DNA of 64,000 bases, taken from Candidatus Nomurabacteria bacterium. GTDB taxonomy: Bacteria > Patescibacteriota > Minisyncoccia > Phycocordibacterales > CALRBL01. This document shows positions 10,380 to 18,851 of the stretch, piece after piece; position 1 is the stretch's first letter; every line of letters begins with the position of its first letter. A program made the position numbers and the translations under genes. Below the pieces are notes generated by a model. That model did not search any database, was not told where the DNA came from, and saw only the letters and a list, made by a program, of their open reading frames with translations. The stretch lies in NCBI GenBank assembly GCA_963834935.1, contig CAWIDS010000001.1:65338-129337 (forward strand). Reading direction: 5' to 3'.

Positions 10380-10637
10380 ATGCTCTACTCAAGCCAAGAC
10401 GGCACATTTAAAATCGATATTCCTTTGAACGTGTGGGAGCTGCTTGGGCGGATAAACAGCAGCGAGCCCTTGATGCTCAATGGTCCAGAAGGACCTATCA
10501 TCTTCGAAGTGCTTAAGCTCGAATATAATCATGAGATGACTTCGCTCTATCTCTCAGTCCTTTCCAAGTACGGAGAGCTCAAAAGCTCGACTTCACACAG
10601 CTATCTCATACTTCAAGCAGAAAATCGGACAGCCTGA
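10380..10637 (+). CDS. Small hypothetical protein (85 aa)
   Basis: AGGAGG shortly before ATG 10380; own terminator; fills the rnr-smc gap. Confidence 0.55.
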   Translation: MLYSSQDGTFKIDIPLNVWELLGRINSSEPLMLNGPEGPIIFEVLKLEYNHEMTSLYLSVLSKYGELKSSTSHSYLILQAENRTA

Positions 10638-10658
10638 CGTCAATTCGTCAGGTTTTTT
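10633..10658 (+). terminator. Intrinsic terminator
   Basis: CCTGACG-TCAATT-CGTCAGG-TTTTTT. Confidence 0.75.
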
Positions 10659-12912
10659 ATTTGGCTACCGCAACAGCTTCGTCAAACTGGATCGAAAGCA
10701 GTTTCGAGAAACCTTCTGAACCCATGGTGACGCCGTAAATGATGCCCGCACGGGACATGGTTTCTCGGTTGTGGGTAATGAGGATGAGACCGGAGTGGGC
10801 AGAAAGCCGCTCGATCATGTCGCCGTATTTCCTGGAGTTCGCTTCATCGAGGGCAGCGTCAGTCTCGTCGAGGATGATGAATGGTGGCGGGTTGACCTGC
10901 GACAAGGCAAAAAGCAGAGCGATCGAAGTGAGAGCTCGCTCGCCTCCGGAAAGCATCACCAGGCCTTTGGTCTTCTTGTGAGGCAGCGCAACGTCTATCT
11001 CGATTCCCTCTTTTGCCTCTTCGTTCTCTTCTGATGGATTTTCAATCTCGGTCGGCTCCTCGTCTTCATCCAGCATTCTTCTTTTCTCTTCCTTGACCAG
11101 CTTGAGCGATGCATGGCCGCCTCCGAACATGAGCGAGAAGAAATTCTCGAACTCCTTGTTTATCTTCTCGATTCCCTCGCGGAATTCTGTGTTTATCTTG
11201 AGTTCCAACTCGGAAATAAGCGATCTGAGCGATAATGACGAAGCATGGAGATCAGACAGTTCCTTCTCAAGAAAAGCATCGCGCGCGCCTACTTCCTCGC
11301 ACTCCTTGATGATCTCCGCGCTATTGCCGATACCGGCTTCTTCAAGGCGAATCTTCTTGTGCTCGATTTCCTTCCTGCGCGCGACCTGAGCGGGCCTTTC
11401 TTCTTCGGGCAAAACGATTTCCGCTTGCTGATACTGGAGGACAGTACTTCCGAGAAGCATTCCCGCTTCGTACAGGTCTTTTTTCATCTCTTCGTCAAGA
11501 ATCTTTGTGCGCTCTTCCTCGATCCTCAGCGCGGAAAGCCTTGATTCGATTCCCTGCATCGAAGACATGAGCTCGAGCATCTTCTTTTCCGCTTCGAACG
11601 TGTCATCTTTCTTCTTTTCCATTTCGGCCTTGATGGCGTCCTGTTGGATGCGCAAGGCCTTCTCTTCTTCAGACAGGCGGCCAATTGACATCTCTATTTC
11701 TTCCTTCGCTTTCTTCTTTTCCTCAAGCTCGGCCTTGAATAAGGCTTTCCTTTCATCCGATTCTTTAGATGAAGCCGCTCGCGTATTTATGAACGTACCG
11801 CACGCATCCTTTATCTCGCGGATGATCTTGCGCAGCTCGGACGCGTCATTCTCATTTTCCGCGCGTTTCTCGTATTCCTCGATTTCTTTCTGCAATGTCT
11901 CCACTTCAGAGAGCATGATTGTTTTATGGGCGCGTTCCACGGCGCTCGCTTCTTCCTTGCGGATCGCCGAATTCAGATAGGATATTTCCGCTTCGATCTT
12001 TCCCGCTTCTCGTGACATGTTTTCTTTCCTGGCTCGCGCCTCGGCAGTCTTTTGCTCGAGCTGGATGATTTCGCTGCCTTTCTCGCTCTGCTCGTCTTTT
12101 TTATTCAGCACTTCCTTCACTTGGGCAAGCTGTTCTTTTAGATCGCTCAATTCGTTTTCAGGAACGCTTTTTGCTGCAGCGAGCCTATCCTTCTCCCTTT
12201 TTATATGATTATCCTCAGCCTTAAAATAAAAGAGGTACAGCGAAAAAAGCTCTTCCTTGAGGGCAAGAGCCTTTTCGAACTTTTCCACTTGCTTCTTGAG
12301 AAAACGCAGGTGCGGTGCGATCTCGCGGCGCAGGCTTTCCACTGATGCAATGTTCTCGTCGGTCCTCTCAAGCTTCCGCTCGCTTTCCTCCTTCTTCACC
12401 TGATAGCCTTTCAGGCCGAGTGCGTCCTCGAGCATGGAGCGGCGTTCCTTCGAGCTTGAGATGAGCATCCTGTCGGCTTCGCCTTGCGAGATGATGTGAT
12501 GGCCGGACGAGCCGATATGAGCGGAAAAAAGAAGTTCAGTGATATCCTTGAGTCTTACTTGCGAACCGTTAAGCGAGTATTCGTTCACGCCATCCCGATG
12601 GACGCTGCGCTCGATTGATATCTCGTCGAAATCCATCGGAAAAATGCGTGAGCGGTTGTCGAACACGAGCTTCACTTGAGCGCGGTTCGAGCGCGGCAGA
12701 GTTTTTCCGCCGTTGAAGATGAGGTCTTCGCCTTTTTTACCGCGAAGTGATTTGATCGATTGCTCGCCCAGAACGAAACGGAATGCCTCGGCGACATTCG
12801 ATTTTCCCGAGCCGTTCGGCCCGACGATGGCGGAAATGGATGAATTGAATTCCAGGACGGTCTTCTTGGCAAATGATTTGAATCCTGAGATTTCGAGCGA
12901 CTTCAAAAGCAT
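10657..12912 (-). CDS. smc: SMC-family ATPase, short form (751 aa)
   Basis: GFKSF, Walker A GPNGSGKSN, ISQG, coiled coil, LSGGE, LDETDAALD, ITHN. Confidence 0.88.
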   Translation of the reverse strand: MLLKSLEISGFKSFAKKTVLEFNSSISAIVGPNGSGKSNVAEAFRFVLGEQSIKSLRGKKGEDLIFNGGKTLPRSNRAQVKLVFDNRSRIFPMDFDEISIERSVHRDGVNEYSLNGSQVRLKDITELLFSAHIGSSGHHIISQGEADRMLISSSKERRSMLEDALGLKGYQVKKEESERKLERTDENIASVESLRREIAPHLRFLKKQVEKFEKALALKEELFSLYLFYFKAEDNHIKREKDRLAAAKSVPENELSDLKEQLAQVKEVLNKKDEQSEKGSEIIQLEQKTAEARARKENMSREAGKIEAEISYLNSAIRKEEASAVERAHKTIMLSEVETLQKEIEEYEKRAENENDASELRKIIREIKDACGTFINTRAASSKESDERKALFKAELEEKKKAKEEIEMSIGRLSEEEKALRIQQDAIKAEMEKKKDDTFEAEKKMLELMSSMQGIESRLSALRIEEERTKILDEEMKKDLYEAGMLLGSTVLQYQQAEIVLPEEERPAQVARRKEIEHKKIRLEEAGIGNSAEIIKECEEVGARDAFLEKELSDLHASSLSLRSLISELELKINTEFREGIEKINKEFENFFSLMFGGGHASLKLVKEEKRRMLDEDEEPTEIENPSEENEEAKEGIEIDVALPHKKTKGLVMLSGGERALTSIALLFALSQVNPPPFIILDETDAALDEANSRKYGDMIERLSAHSGLILITHNRETMSRAGIIYGVTMGSEGFSKLLSIQFDEAVAVAK

Positions 12913-12956
12913 ATGTTGGAATTATATCACAAGCTATGGTAAATTTTACGCAGATT

Positions 12957-13202
12957 ATGTTTAATTTCATCATTCCTGGCGACATGGTCGGTTTCACCGA
13001 CGCAGCGCTCGATTCTCAAAGCCAATTCAGGCTGTTCGTGCAGAAATACGGAAACCGTTGGCGAGCCGTCACTATAGGCAACCTCCTTTCGGGAAACAAG
13101 CTCAAGGTTATCGAGGTCGAAATCCCCAATTGTTCCGATCCCGGCCGGCAATGGTTCTGCCCATCGCTTCTCGAAGTAAAGGAGCCGACGTACCTTTTTT
13201 AA
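12957..13202 (+). CDS. Small hypothetical protein
   Basis: ORF fills the smc-rnc gap and is followed by a terminator; start 12936 or 12957. Confidence 0.5.
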   Translation: MFNFIIPGDMVGFTDAALDSQSQFRLFVQKYGNRWRAVTIGNLLSGNKLKVIEVEIPNCSDPGRQWFCPSLLEVKEPTYLF

Positions 13203-13219
13203 GGATCATGTTCCCAGCT

Positions 13220-13243
13220 GCCCGCCCACTTGCGGGCTTTTTT
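13220..13243 (+). terminator. Intrinsic terminator
   Basis: GCCCGC-CCACTT-GCGGGC-TTTTTT. Confidence 0.75.
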
Positions 13244-13252
13244 ATTTGAAAT

Positions 13253-13945
13253 TTACCAAGACTTCGCTTCGAGGGCTTTTCGCGCCGCTTCCTGCTCGGC
13301 ATCCTGCTTCGATTTGCCGGTTCCTTCGGCAATCAAGTCCTCCTCAAGGTAGACACCCACGGTAAAATACTTGTCATGGTCGGGACCGAGCTGCTTGATA
13401 AGCCTGTATGACGGCGTAATGCTGATCCGTTCCTGCGCCTTTTCCTGGAACTTGCTCTTGGCATCTACCCACGAGCCGCCGCTGACTATTTTATCAGTAA
13501 GGCTCAATACGAAACGGAATATGAAATCATGCGCGCTACCATAGCCTTGATCGATGTAAATTGCGCCGATGATCGCCTCAAGGGTGTTAGCGAGAATGTA
13601 TTGACGTGCTCGGCCGGTATCCTTGGCTTCACCTTTCGAAAGGAGGAGAAAATCATTAACATTGAGAGTATTAGCCACCTCTGAAAGAGTGATAGCATTC
13701 ACCAGCGCCGAGCGCAGCGACGTGAGCTCTCCTTCCGGCTTATCGGGATAATTCTTGAAAAGGTAATCAGTCACCGAAAGCTCGAGCACGGCATCACCGA
13801 GGAATTCCAAGCGCTCATTATGCTCAAGACGCGTGCCTTTGTTCTCGTTCAGGTACGAGCGGTGCGTAAAAGCCTGCTTGAGCAGGTCTTTGTTCTTGAA
13901 TGTGATTCCTGTCTTTTCCTCGAACTGAGAGAATTCTTTCATCAT
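13253..13945 (-). CDS. rnc: Ribonuclease III
   Basis: NERLEFLGDAVL signature and C-terminal dsRNA-binding domain. Confidence 0.97.
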   Translation of the reverse strand: MMKEFSQFEEKTGITFKNKDLLKQAFTHRSYLNENKGTRLEHNERLEFLGDAVLELSVTDYLFKNYPDKPEGELTSLRSALVNAITLSEVANTLNVNDFLLLSKGEAKDTGRARQYILANTLEAIIGAIYIDQGYGSAHDFIFRFVLSLTDKIVSGGSWVDAKSKFQEKAQERISITPSYRLIKQLGPDHDKYFTVGVYLEEDLIAEGTGKSKQDAEQEAARKALEAKSW

Positions 13946-13963
13946 GTTTTTAGTTATTTTTTC

Positions 13964-14869
13964 CTATTTCTTGGCAAGCAATATGTTCACTGCCTTCGTC
14001 ACTATCGGCAATATGTCGTTATAAAAATTAAGGTCGACGAGATCGGCAAGCTTGAACCATTCCGCTTTGTCGAGGCCGCCGGATTCTCCGAGCTGAAGCG
14101 GCTGATATTTCGTCTTGGCAAGGAAGTAGACCACCTGCTTTCGCATCTTGCCTTCTTCGGGATGAGTAGCGATATATTCATTGCTTGCAAGCTCCTCTTC
14201 TATCTCGATATCAAGCCCGAGCTCTTCCTTTATCTTGAACACCGTTCCTTCCTTGACCTCGAGATCGGGCGGAAGGCCTCCTTTCGACAGCGTCCAGTGA
14301 CCGAAGACGTCATGCACGAAAGCAAGATAGTATTCCCCGTCATGTTTCGCATAGACCACTGCTCCTCCGAGCTTCTTGATGGGCATTTCCTCGTATGGAA
14401 TGTTCTTGAATTTATATGCTTTCGATTTCGAGACCTCATCTTTGCCCGGCTCTCCCATTTCTTTATAAACGGCACCGAGTACTCCATTAACGAATTTTCC
14501 TGAAGTCTCGCCTCCGAAGGTCTTGGCTAGCTCGATTGCTTCGTTGATGGCTACTTTTGACGGCACCTCGCCTCGATCGGCGAACAGAAGCTCGTACAGG
14601 CCGATTCGCAAGATATTCCTATCAACTATACCTATCTTGGCCAGGGGCCACTCAGGCGCCGCTTTGACGATAATATTATCGATATCCTCTCGCTTGGCAA
14701 TGACGTTCGTAATCAGCGTTTTCATGAACGGAAAATCTCCCATGCCCGGAGCGAACTCTTCGGCATTTCTGGTAAGCACTTCTTCGATGGCGTCAGACGA
14801 CAATTGTCTAAAATCCCATTCAAAGAGGGATTGCATGACTATTGATCTGGAAAGGTGCCGGTTTGCCAT
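13964..14869 (-). CDS. nusB: NusB fused to a C-terminal Nudix-like domain
   Basis: N-half DRNILRIG, VAINEAIELAKTFG, KFVNGVLG; C-half WTLSKGG...IKEELGL, KQVVYFLA, AEWF. Confidence 0.88.
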   Translation of the reverse strand: MANRHLSRSIVMQSLFEWDFRQLSSDAIEEVLTRNAEEFAPGMGDFPFMKTLITNVIAKREDIDNIIVKAAPEWPLAKIGIVDRNILRIGLYELLFADRGEVPSKVAINEAIELAKTFGGETSGKFVNGVLGAVYKEMGEPGKDEVSKSKAYKFKNIPYEEMPIKKLGGAVVYAKHDGEYYLAFVHDVFGHWTLSKGGLPPDLEVKEGTVFKIKEELGLDIEIEEELASNEYIATHPEEGKMRKQVVYFLAKTKYQPLQLGESGGLDKAEWFKLADLVDLNFYNDILPIVTKAVNILLAKK

Positions 14870-14898
14870 AAAGGCTTTGTTTTTCTATTTTGTGCTTC

Positions 14899-15123
14899 CT
14901 ACTTTACTGTCTTTTTGCTCTCTTTCTTTGCCTGTTTCTTGTCCATCTTCTTCATTACGTCGATGACCACACGTCCCTTATATTTGCCGCAATTGGCGCA
15001 TACGACGTGCTTGGCCTTTGGCTGGCCACAATCGGCGCACAAAGTGACGCTCGGAGCGGTCAAGGCGTGATGACTCCTTCTGCTTCCCGTTTGAGAACGG
15101 GTATGTCTCATGTGATTTACCAT
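14899..15123 (-). CDS. rpmF: 50S ribosomal protein L32
   Basis: RRSHHAL, CADCG, HVVCANCGKY. Confidence 0.95.
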   Translation of the reverse strand: MVNHMRHTRSQTGSRRSHHALTAPSVTLCADCGQPKAKHVVCANCGKYKGRVVIDVMKKMDKKQAKKESKKTVK

Positions 15124-15160
15124 GGGGTCAAATATAGCGGAAATGCCTTAAAAAGGCAAG

Positions 15161-15652
15161 CTATTGAGCAATATCGATGAGACCATTCGTAAGCGGCAAG
15201 CCATCTTCCTGGCTGACTACTATATTGTATGATCCTGGCGAAAGGCCTTGAGATCCACCTTTTACTGCATTAGATGGCGAGAGAGTAAAAGACCATTTGC
15301 CTTTAGTTACTGGAACTTTTTCTTTATAGAGAATTTGAGCAACATCACCTGTCGCATAAGGAAGTGTCTCAACATCTACCACAACTGATGATTCATTTAC
15401 TGCCGTGCCTGTGATTACTGGAAAGCTGGATTGTGAAACAACTGGATTCGAATAAATAGTAGCTGACGATTTCAAAACATTAGGCTTGGCTGCTGCAGGC
15501 GTTTGAGAAGATTGATTTGAATTACTTATGGTAGAAAGTTTCTGCTGACTGGCTTGGAGCTCGTACGTATATATAGCTCCTATGACGATAATCACGACTA
15601 ATAAAATGATAATTACCCAAAGAACGATAGAACCTTTTTGTTGATTTTTCAT
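15161..15652 (-). CDS. Membrane-anchored exported protein with a pilin-like N-terminus
   Basis: MKNQQKG|SIVLWVIIILLVV hydrophobic segment, S/Q linker, beta-rich C-domain; TGA-TATAAT 8 nt before ATG. Confidence 0.7.
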   Translation of the reverse strand: MKNQQKGSIVLWVIIILLVVIIVIGAIYTYELQASQQKLSTISNSNQSSQTPAAAKPNVLKSSATIYSNPVVSQSSFPVITGTAVNESSVVVDVETLPYATGDVAQILYKEKVPVTKGKWSFTLSPSNAVKGGSQGLSPGSYNIVVSQEDGLPLTNGLIDIAQ

Positions 15653-15683
15653 ATGACATTATTATATCATAATCAATTTTTAT

Positions 15684-15768
15684 TGGTGCCCGAGGTGGGA
15701 ATCGAACCCACATCCCTTTCGAGACACGATTTTAAGTCGTGCGCGTATACCGGTTCCGCCACTCGGGC
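15684..15768 (-). tRNA. tRNA-Leu(TAA)
   Basis: GCCCGAG acceptor, CACGA-CTTAAAA-TCGTG arm, long variable arm, GTTCGATTC, encoded CCA. Confidence 0.95.
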
Positions 15769-15829
15769 ATAAAAGCAACTGTAGCAAAAAATTGCCCCGA
15801 CCTCAATTTTTATGCTAACCTATCGGAAG

Positions 15830-15913
15830 GCCGGAGTGGCGTAATTGGTAGCCGCGCGCGACTCAAAATCGCGAGGAGGTAACTCCGTGGAGGTTCGATT
15901 CCTCTCTCCGGCA
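15830..15913 (+). tRNA. tRNA-Leu(CAA)
   Basis: GCCGGAG/CTCCGGC acceptor, CGCGA-CTCAAAA-TCGCG arm, variable arm, GTTCGATTC; CCA not encoded. Confidence 0.95.
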
Positions 15914-15914
15914 C

Positions 15915-16787
15915 ATGAATAACATACTGGTGATACTCGGTCCGACCGCTTCGGGCAAGAGCGACTTAGCAGTAACCCTGGCAAAAAGAATAAATGGTGA
16001 GATAATCTCGGCCGACTCGCGGCAGGTCTACAAAGGATTGGACATTGGCACCGGAAAGATAACAAAGAAAGAAATGAAAGGCATTCCCCACCATCTTTTG
16101 GACGTGGCTGATCCTACCGAGCGATTCACTGTGCAGGATTTTCAAGATCTCGCTTACCCAATCATCGATGACGTTCTCAAGCGCGGCAAGTTGCCGATCA
16201 TTTGCGGTGGTACAGGCTTTTACATCCAGGCAATTGTGGATGGCATCGTCTTGCCGGATGTACAACTTGACAAGGCACTTCGCACTAAGCTCGCAAAGCT
16301 TGATACTGTCGAGCTTTTCAAGATGCTAAAAAAACTTGATCCGAAACGAGCGAAAGATATCGATCAGCAAAACCGCGTTCGGATAATCCGAGCGATAGAG
16401 ATCGCAGAAGAAATGGGAAAAGTGCCGAAGCTCAAGGCAAAGCCGCGATACAAGGCAGAACAATTCGGCATCTATTACTCCGATGAGCTCCTGAAAGGAC
16501 GGATAAGGACGCGTCTCGAGAAAAGAATGAAAGACGGAATGATCGAGGAGGTAGAAAAGCTTCACAAAAAAGGCCTGTCATGGAAACGGATGGAAGAGCT
16601 CGGCCTCGAATACCGCTACTTGGCGCTGTATCTGCAGAAAAAAATTTCCAAAGAACAGATGATATCCGAGCTCGAGACAAAGATCTGGCAGTACGCCAAA
16701 AAACAGATGACTTGGTTTAAGAGGGATGGGAGGATACAATGGGTGCATGTCACAGGAAATGCCCAGTCTCGAGACGATAAAAGCTAA
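15915..16787 (+). CDS. miaA: tRNA dimethylallyltransferase
   Basis: GPTASGKS, ISADSRQVY, DIGTGK, GGTGFY, YAKKQMTWF. Confidence 0.97.
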   Translation: MNNILVILGPTASGKSDLAVTLAKRINGEIISADSRQVYKGLDIGTGKITKKEMKGIPHHLLDVADPTERFTVQDFQDLAYPIIDDVLKRGKLPIICGGTGFYIQAIVDGIVLPDVQLDKALRTKLAKLDTVELFKMLKKLDPKRAKDIDQQNRVRIIRAIEIAEEMGKVPKLKAKPRYKAEQFGIYYSDELLKGRIRTRLEKRMKDGMIEEVEKLHKKGLSWKRMEELGLEYRYLALYLQKKISKEQMISELETKIWQYAKKQMTWFKRDGRIQWVHVTGNAQSRDDKS

Positions 16788-17138
16788 GTATATAAAGCCT
16801 GAAGATAGCGAGCTAAGCAAGCATCTAATGCACCTTAGGGGAGAGCAATTCGATTCAGCCTACCTTCATTGGGTCGAGTCATCGAACCGGAAAGGAATCC
16901 CGGAATCGAAAGACTCGAACAGCTCGCCCAAAACATAAGAGTGATGATACGCAAAGGAGTCGTCCTTTCTGAAATCGGAGGATATGCTAAAGAAGCTATT
17001 ATGGAGTTCAGGACTGCCAACGAGCTTCTCGCAGAACTTCCCGACGAAGACTACGCCGAGCTTCAGGAATTGGCAGATGACTTGTTCGAATTAGGAACCG
17101 CAGCAAAAGCTGCTTTAGATAATGAAGTTGAAGAATAA
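16747..17138 (+). CDS. Hypothetical helical protein split by an apparent 1-nt frameshift near 16878
   Basis: TACAAT 6 nt before ATG 16747; ORFs ending 16938 and 17138 join into one plausible protein. Confidence 0.5.
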
Positions 17139-17139
17139 A

Positions 17140-17682
17140 ATGACTAAAACCCAAAAAATCAATAATATGTATCCGCTTCACTGCCGAGCTTTCAAAAGCT
17201 TTTTAGCTGTGCCAAAAAGCGCAAGCGCGAAGCTTCCTTCTCAAGGTATGACGATTGTCGAAGGTGTCATCAGCCTCTACCCTTTCAGGACTTCGCTCGA
17301 AGCAGGAAAATGGATCACCAAGCTCAAGATGACTAAAGCGATGCATGACGCCTCAGGGGTAAAAGACGGCGAAGCCGTAGCGGTAGAGATTACGCGTGTC
17401 GCAGACGAGCCTGAAATCCGCGTGCCGGTTGATCTTTACTCTGCACTTAAAGCCGTGCCGCGCGCACTAGCGACCTGGAATGATATCACTCCGATGGCGC
17501 GACGCGATTGGATCCTCTGGATGATTACCATCAAGCAGATCGGAACGCGCAAGCTCCACATAAAGAAAGCCTGCGACATGCTCTCATCCGGCAAGCGCCG
17601 CGTATGCTGCTTTAGCGGCATAAAGTGGCTGATCAAGGATCACGATGGAGCGACATGGGTACCGTTGGCGAAGGTGAAGTAG
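17140..17682 (+). CDS. YdeI/OmpD-associated family protein
   Basis: VPVDLYSAL, WNDITPMARRDWILW, TRKLHIKKACDML, RVCCF. Confidence 0.8.
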   Translation: MTKTQKINNMYPLHCRAFKSFLAVPKSASAKLPSQGMTIVEGVISLYPFRTSLEAGKWITKLKMTKAMHDASGVKDGEAVAVEITRVADEPEIRVPVDLYSALKAVPRALATWNDITPMARRDWILWMITIKQIGTRKLHIKKACDMLSSGKRRVCCFSGIKWLIKDHDGATWVPLAKVK

Positions 17683-17732
17683 TAACAGGAATCGTTCCTT
17701 ACAGGAACTGCACACCTACGGAGTTTTTAATG

Positions 17733-17803
17733 CGGGAGATGGAGGAATCGAACCCCCGACAAGGCGTTTGGAGTGCCTCGTTATGCCACTTAACTAATCT
17801 CCC
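17733..17803 (-). tRNA. tRNA-Trp(CCA)
   Basis: GGGAGAT/ATCTCCC acceptor, loop CTCCAAA, GTTCGATTC; one A-C mismatch in the anticodon stem. Confidence 0.92.
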
Positions 17804-17820
17804 GTGAGCCACACAATAAC

Positions 17821-17853
17821 AGAAAAAAACGCTTTTTCGAAAGCGTTTTTTCT
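17821..17853. terminator. Bidirectional-type terminator hairpin downstream of rpmG
   Basis: AAAAAAACGCTTT-TTCG-AAAGCGTTTTTT. Confidence 0.8.
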
Positions 17854-17858
17854 TTGTC

Positions 17859-18014
17859 TTATTTCTTCACTTCCTTGAAAACCACTCTCTTTCGGAGCTT
17901 CTTGCTGTATTTCTTGAGCTCGATCTTTCGCTCCACCTTCTTCTTGTTCTTTCGGGTGTGATAGACCTCGCCAGTTTCCTTGTTCTTGATGATGATAAGT
18001 TTATCTTGTGACAT
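17859..18014 (-). CDS. rpmG: 50S ribosomal protein L33 (Cys-free form; absent from the ORF track)
   Basis: Hand translation: MSQDKLIIIKNKETGEVYHTRKNKKKVERKIELKKYSKKLRKRVVFKEVKK. Confidence 0.92.
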   Translation of the reverse strand: MSQDKLIIIKNKETGEVYHTRKNKKKVERKIELKKYSKKLRKRVVFKEVKK

Positions 18015-18071
18015 AGGTGTCCACTATATCCTAAGGCCTCCGAAAAATCAACCTGCCGACAACATTATCGC

Positions 18072-18707
18072 CTAGAGCTCGGTTTCCTTGCCGATTTCGA
18101 GAGAAACCATTTGGATGCCAGCTTTGCCGAAGAACATCTCCGGCAGACGTGTGGTCAAGCCATGCCGGATAACATTGCCATCATGAACCGGGAAAGCCAA
18201 TCGGGGTTTGATTTCCAAGACATATTCCACTGATTCGGAAATCTTTGACCATGGAGCGGTGATAGGGAAAGCAAGAATGTCGAGGGGGATTTGAGGATTA
18301 TAGAAAGCATCACCAGGGTAAAAAAGCTTTCCATCAAAAAGATATCCAGTATTTTCAACTTGCTCATAATCCTTAAAGATCATTGCATGCGTGGTGCCAT
18401 AACCGGCAATCTCGATTCCCTTCGCATCAGTCTTCTCTCTGTCCGAGACTTTTTCATATGGGATATTTTCCTTGTCGAGGATTTTTCCGACTGACGCGTT
18501 GGTAATTATTTTCGCTTGCGGATTATTTTGCATCACGATCTTGAGTGAATCAACATGAAGATGATCAGTGTGTTCATGGGTAATAACAACAAAATCAATT
18601 CCCCTCACTTCATTCTGAGCTGTCGTGTAATTTCCCGGATCAGTCAGGAATTTCACGCCGTTTATGTCTAACAAGAGGCAGCAATGGCCTAGTTTGGTTA
18701 TTTTCAT
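18072..18707 (-). CDS. MBL-fold metallo-hydrolase
   Basis: LGHCC, TDPG, THEHTDH, PGDAF, PVHDG. Confidence 0.9.
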   Translation of the reverse strand: MKITKLGHCCLLLDINGVKFLTDPGNYTTAQNEVRGIDFVVITHEHTDHLHVDSLKIVMQNNPQAKIITNASVGKILDKENIPYEKVSDREKTDAKGIEIAGYGTTHAMIFKDYEQVENTGYLFDGKLFYPGDAFYNPQIPLDILAFPITAPWSKISESVEYVLEIKPRLAFPVHDGNVIRHGLTTRLPEMFFGKAGIQMVSLEIGKETEL

Positions 18708-18737
18708 ATTTTTAGGGAATTAGCTGAAGCTGATAAT

Positions 18738-18823
18738 TGGTGCGTCGGGAAGGATTCGAACCTTCGTAGGCCGAAGCCGACAGATTTACAGTCTGTTGTA
18801 ATTGACCACTCTACCACCGACGC
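18738..18823 (-). tRNA. tRNA-Tyr(GTA)
   Basis: GCGTCGG acceptor, ACAGA-CTGTAAA-TCTGT arm, variable arm, GTTCGAATC, encoded CCA. Confidence 0.96.
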
Positions 18824-18851
18824 ATGCATGCTAGATTAGCACACGCCGGAC

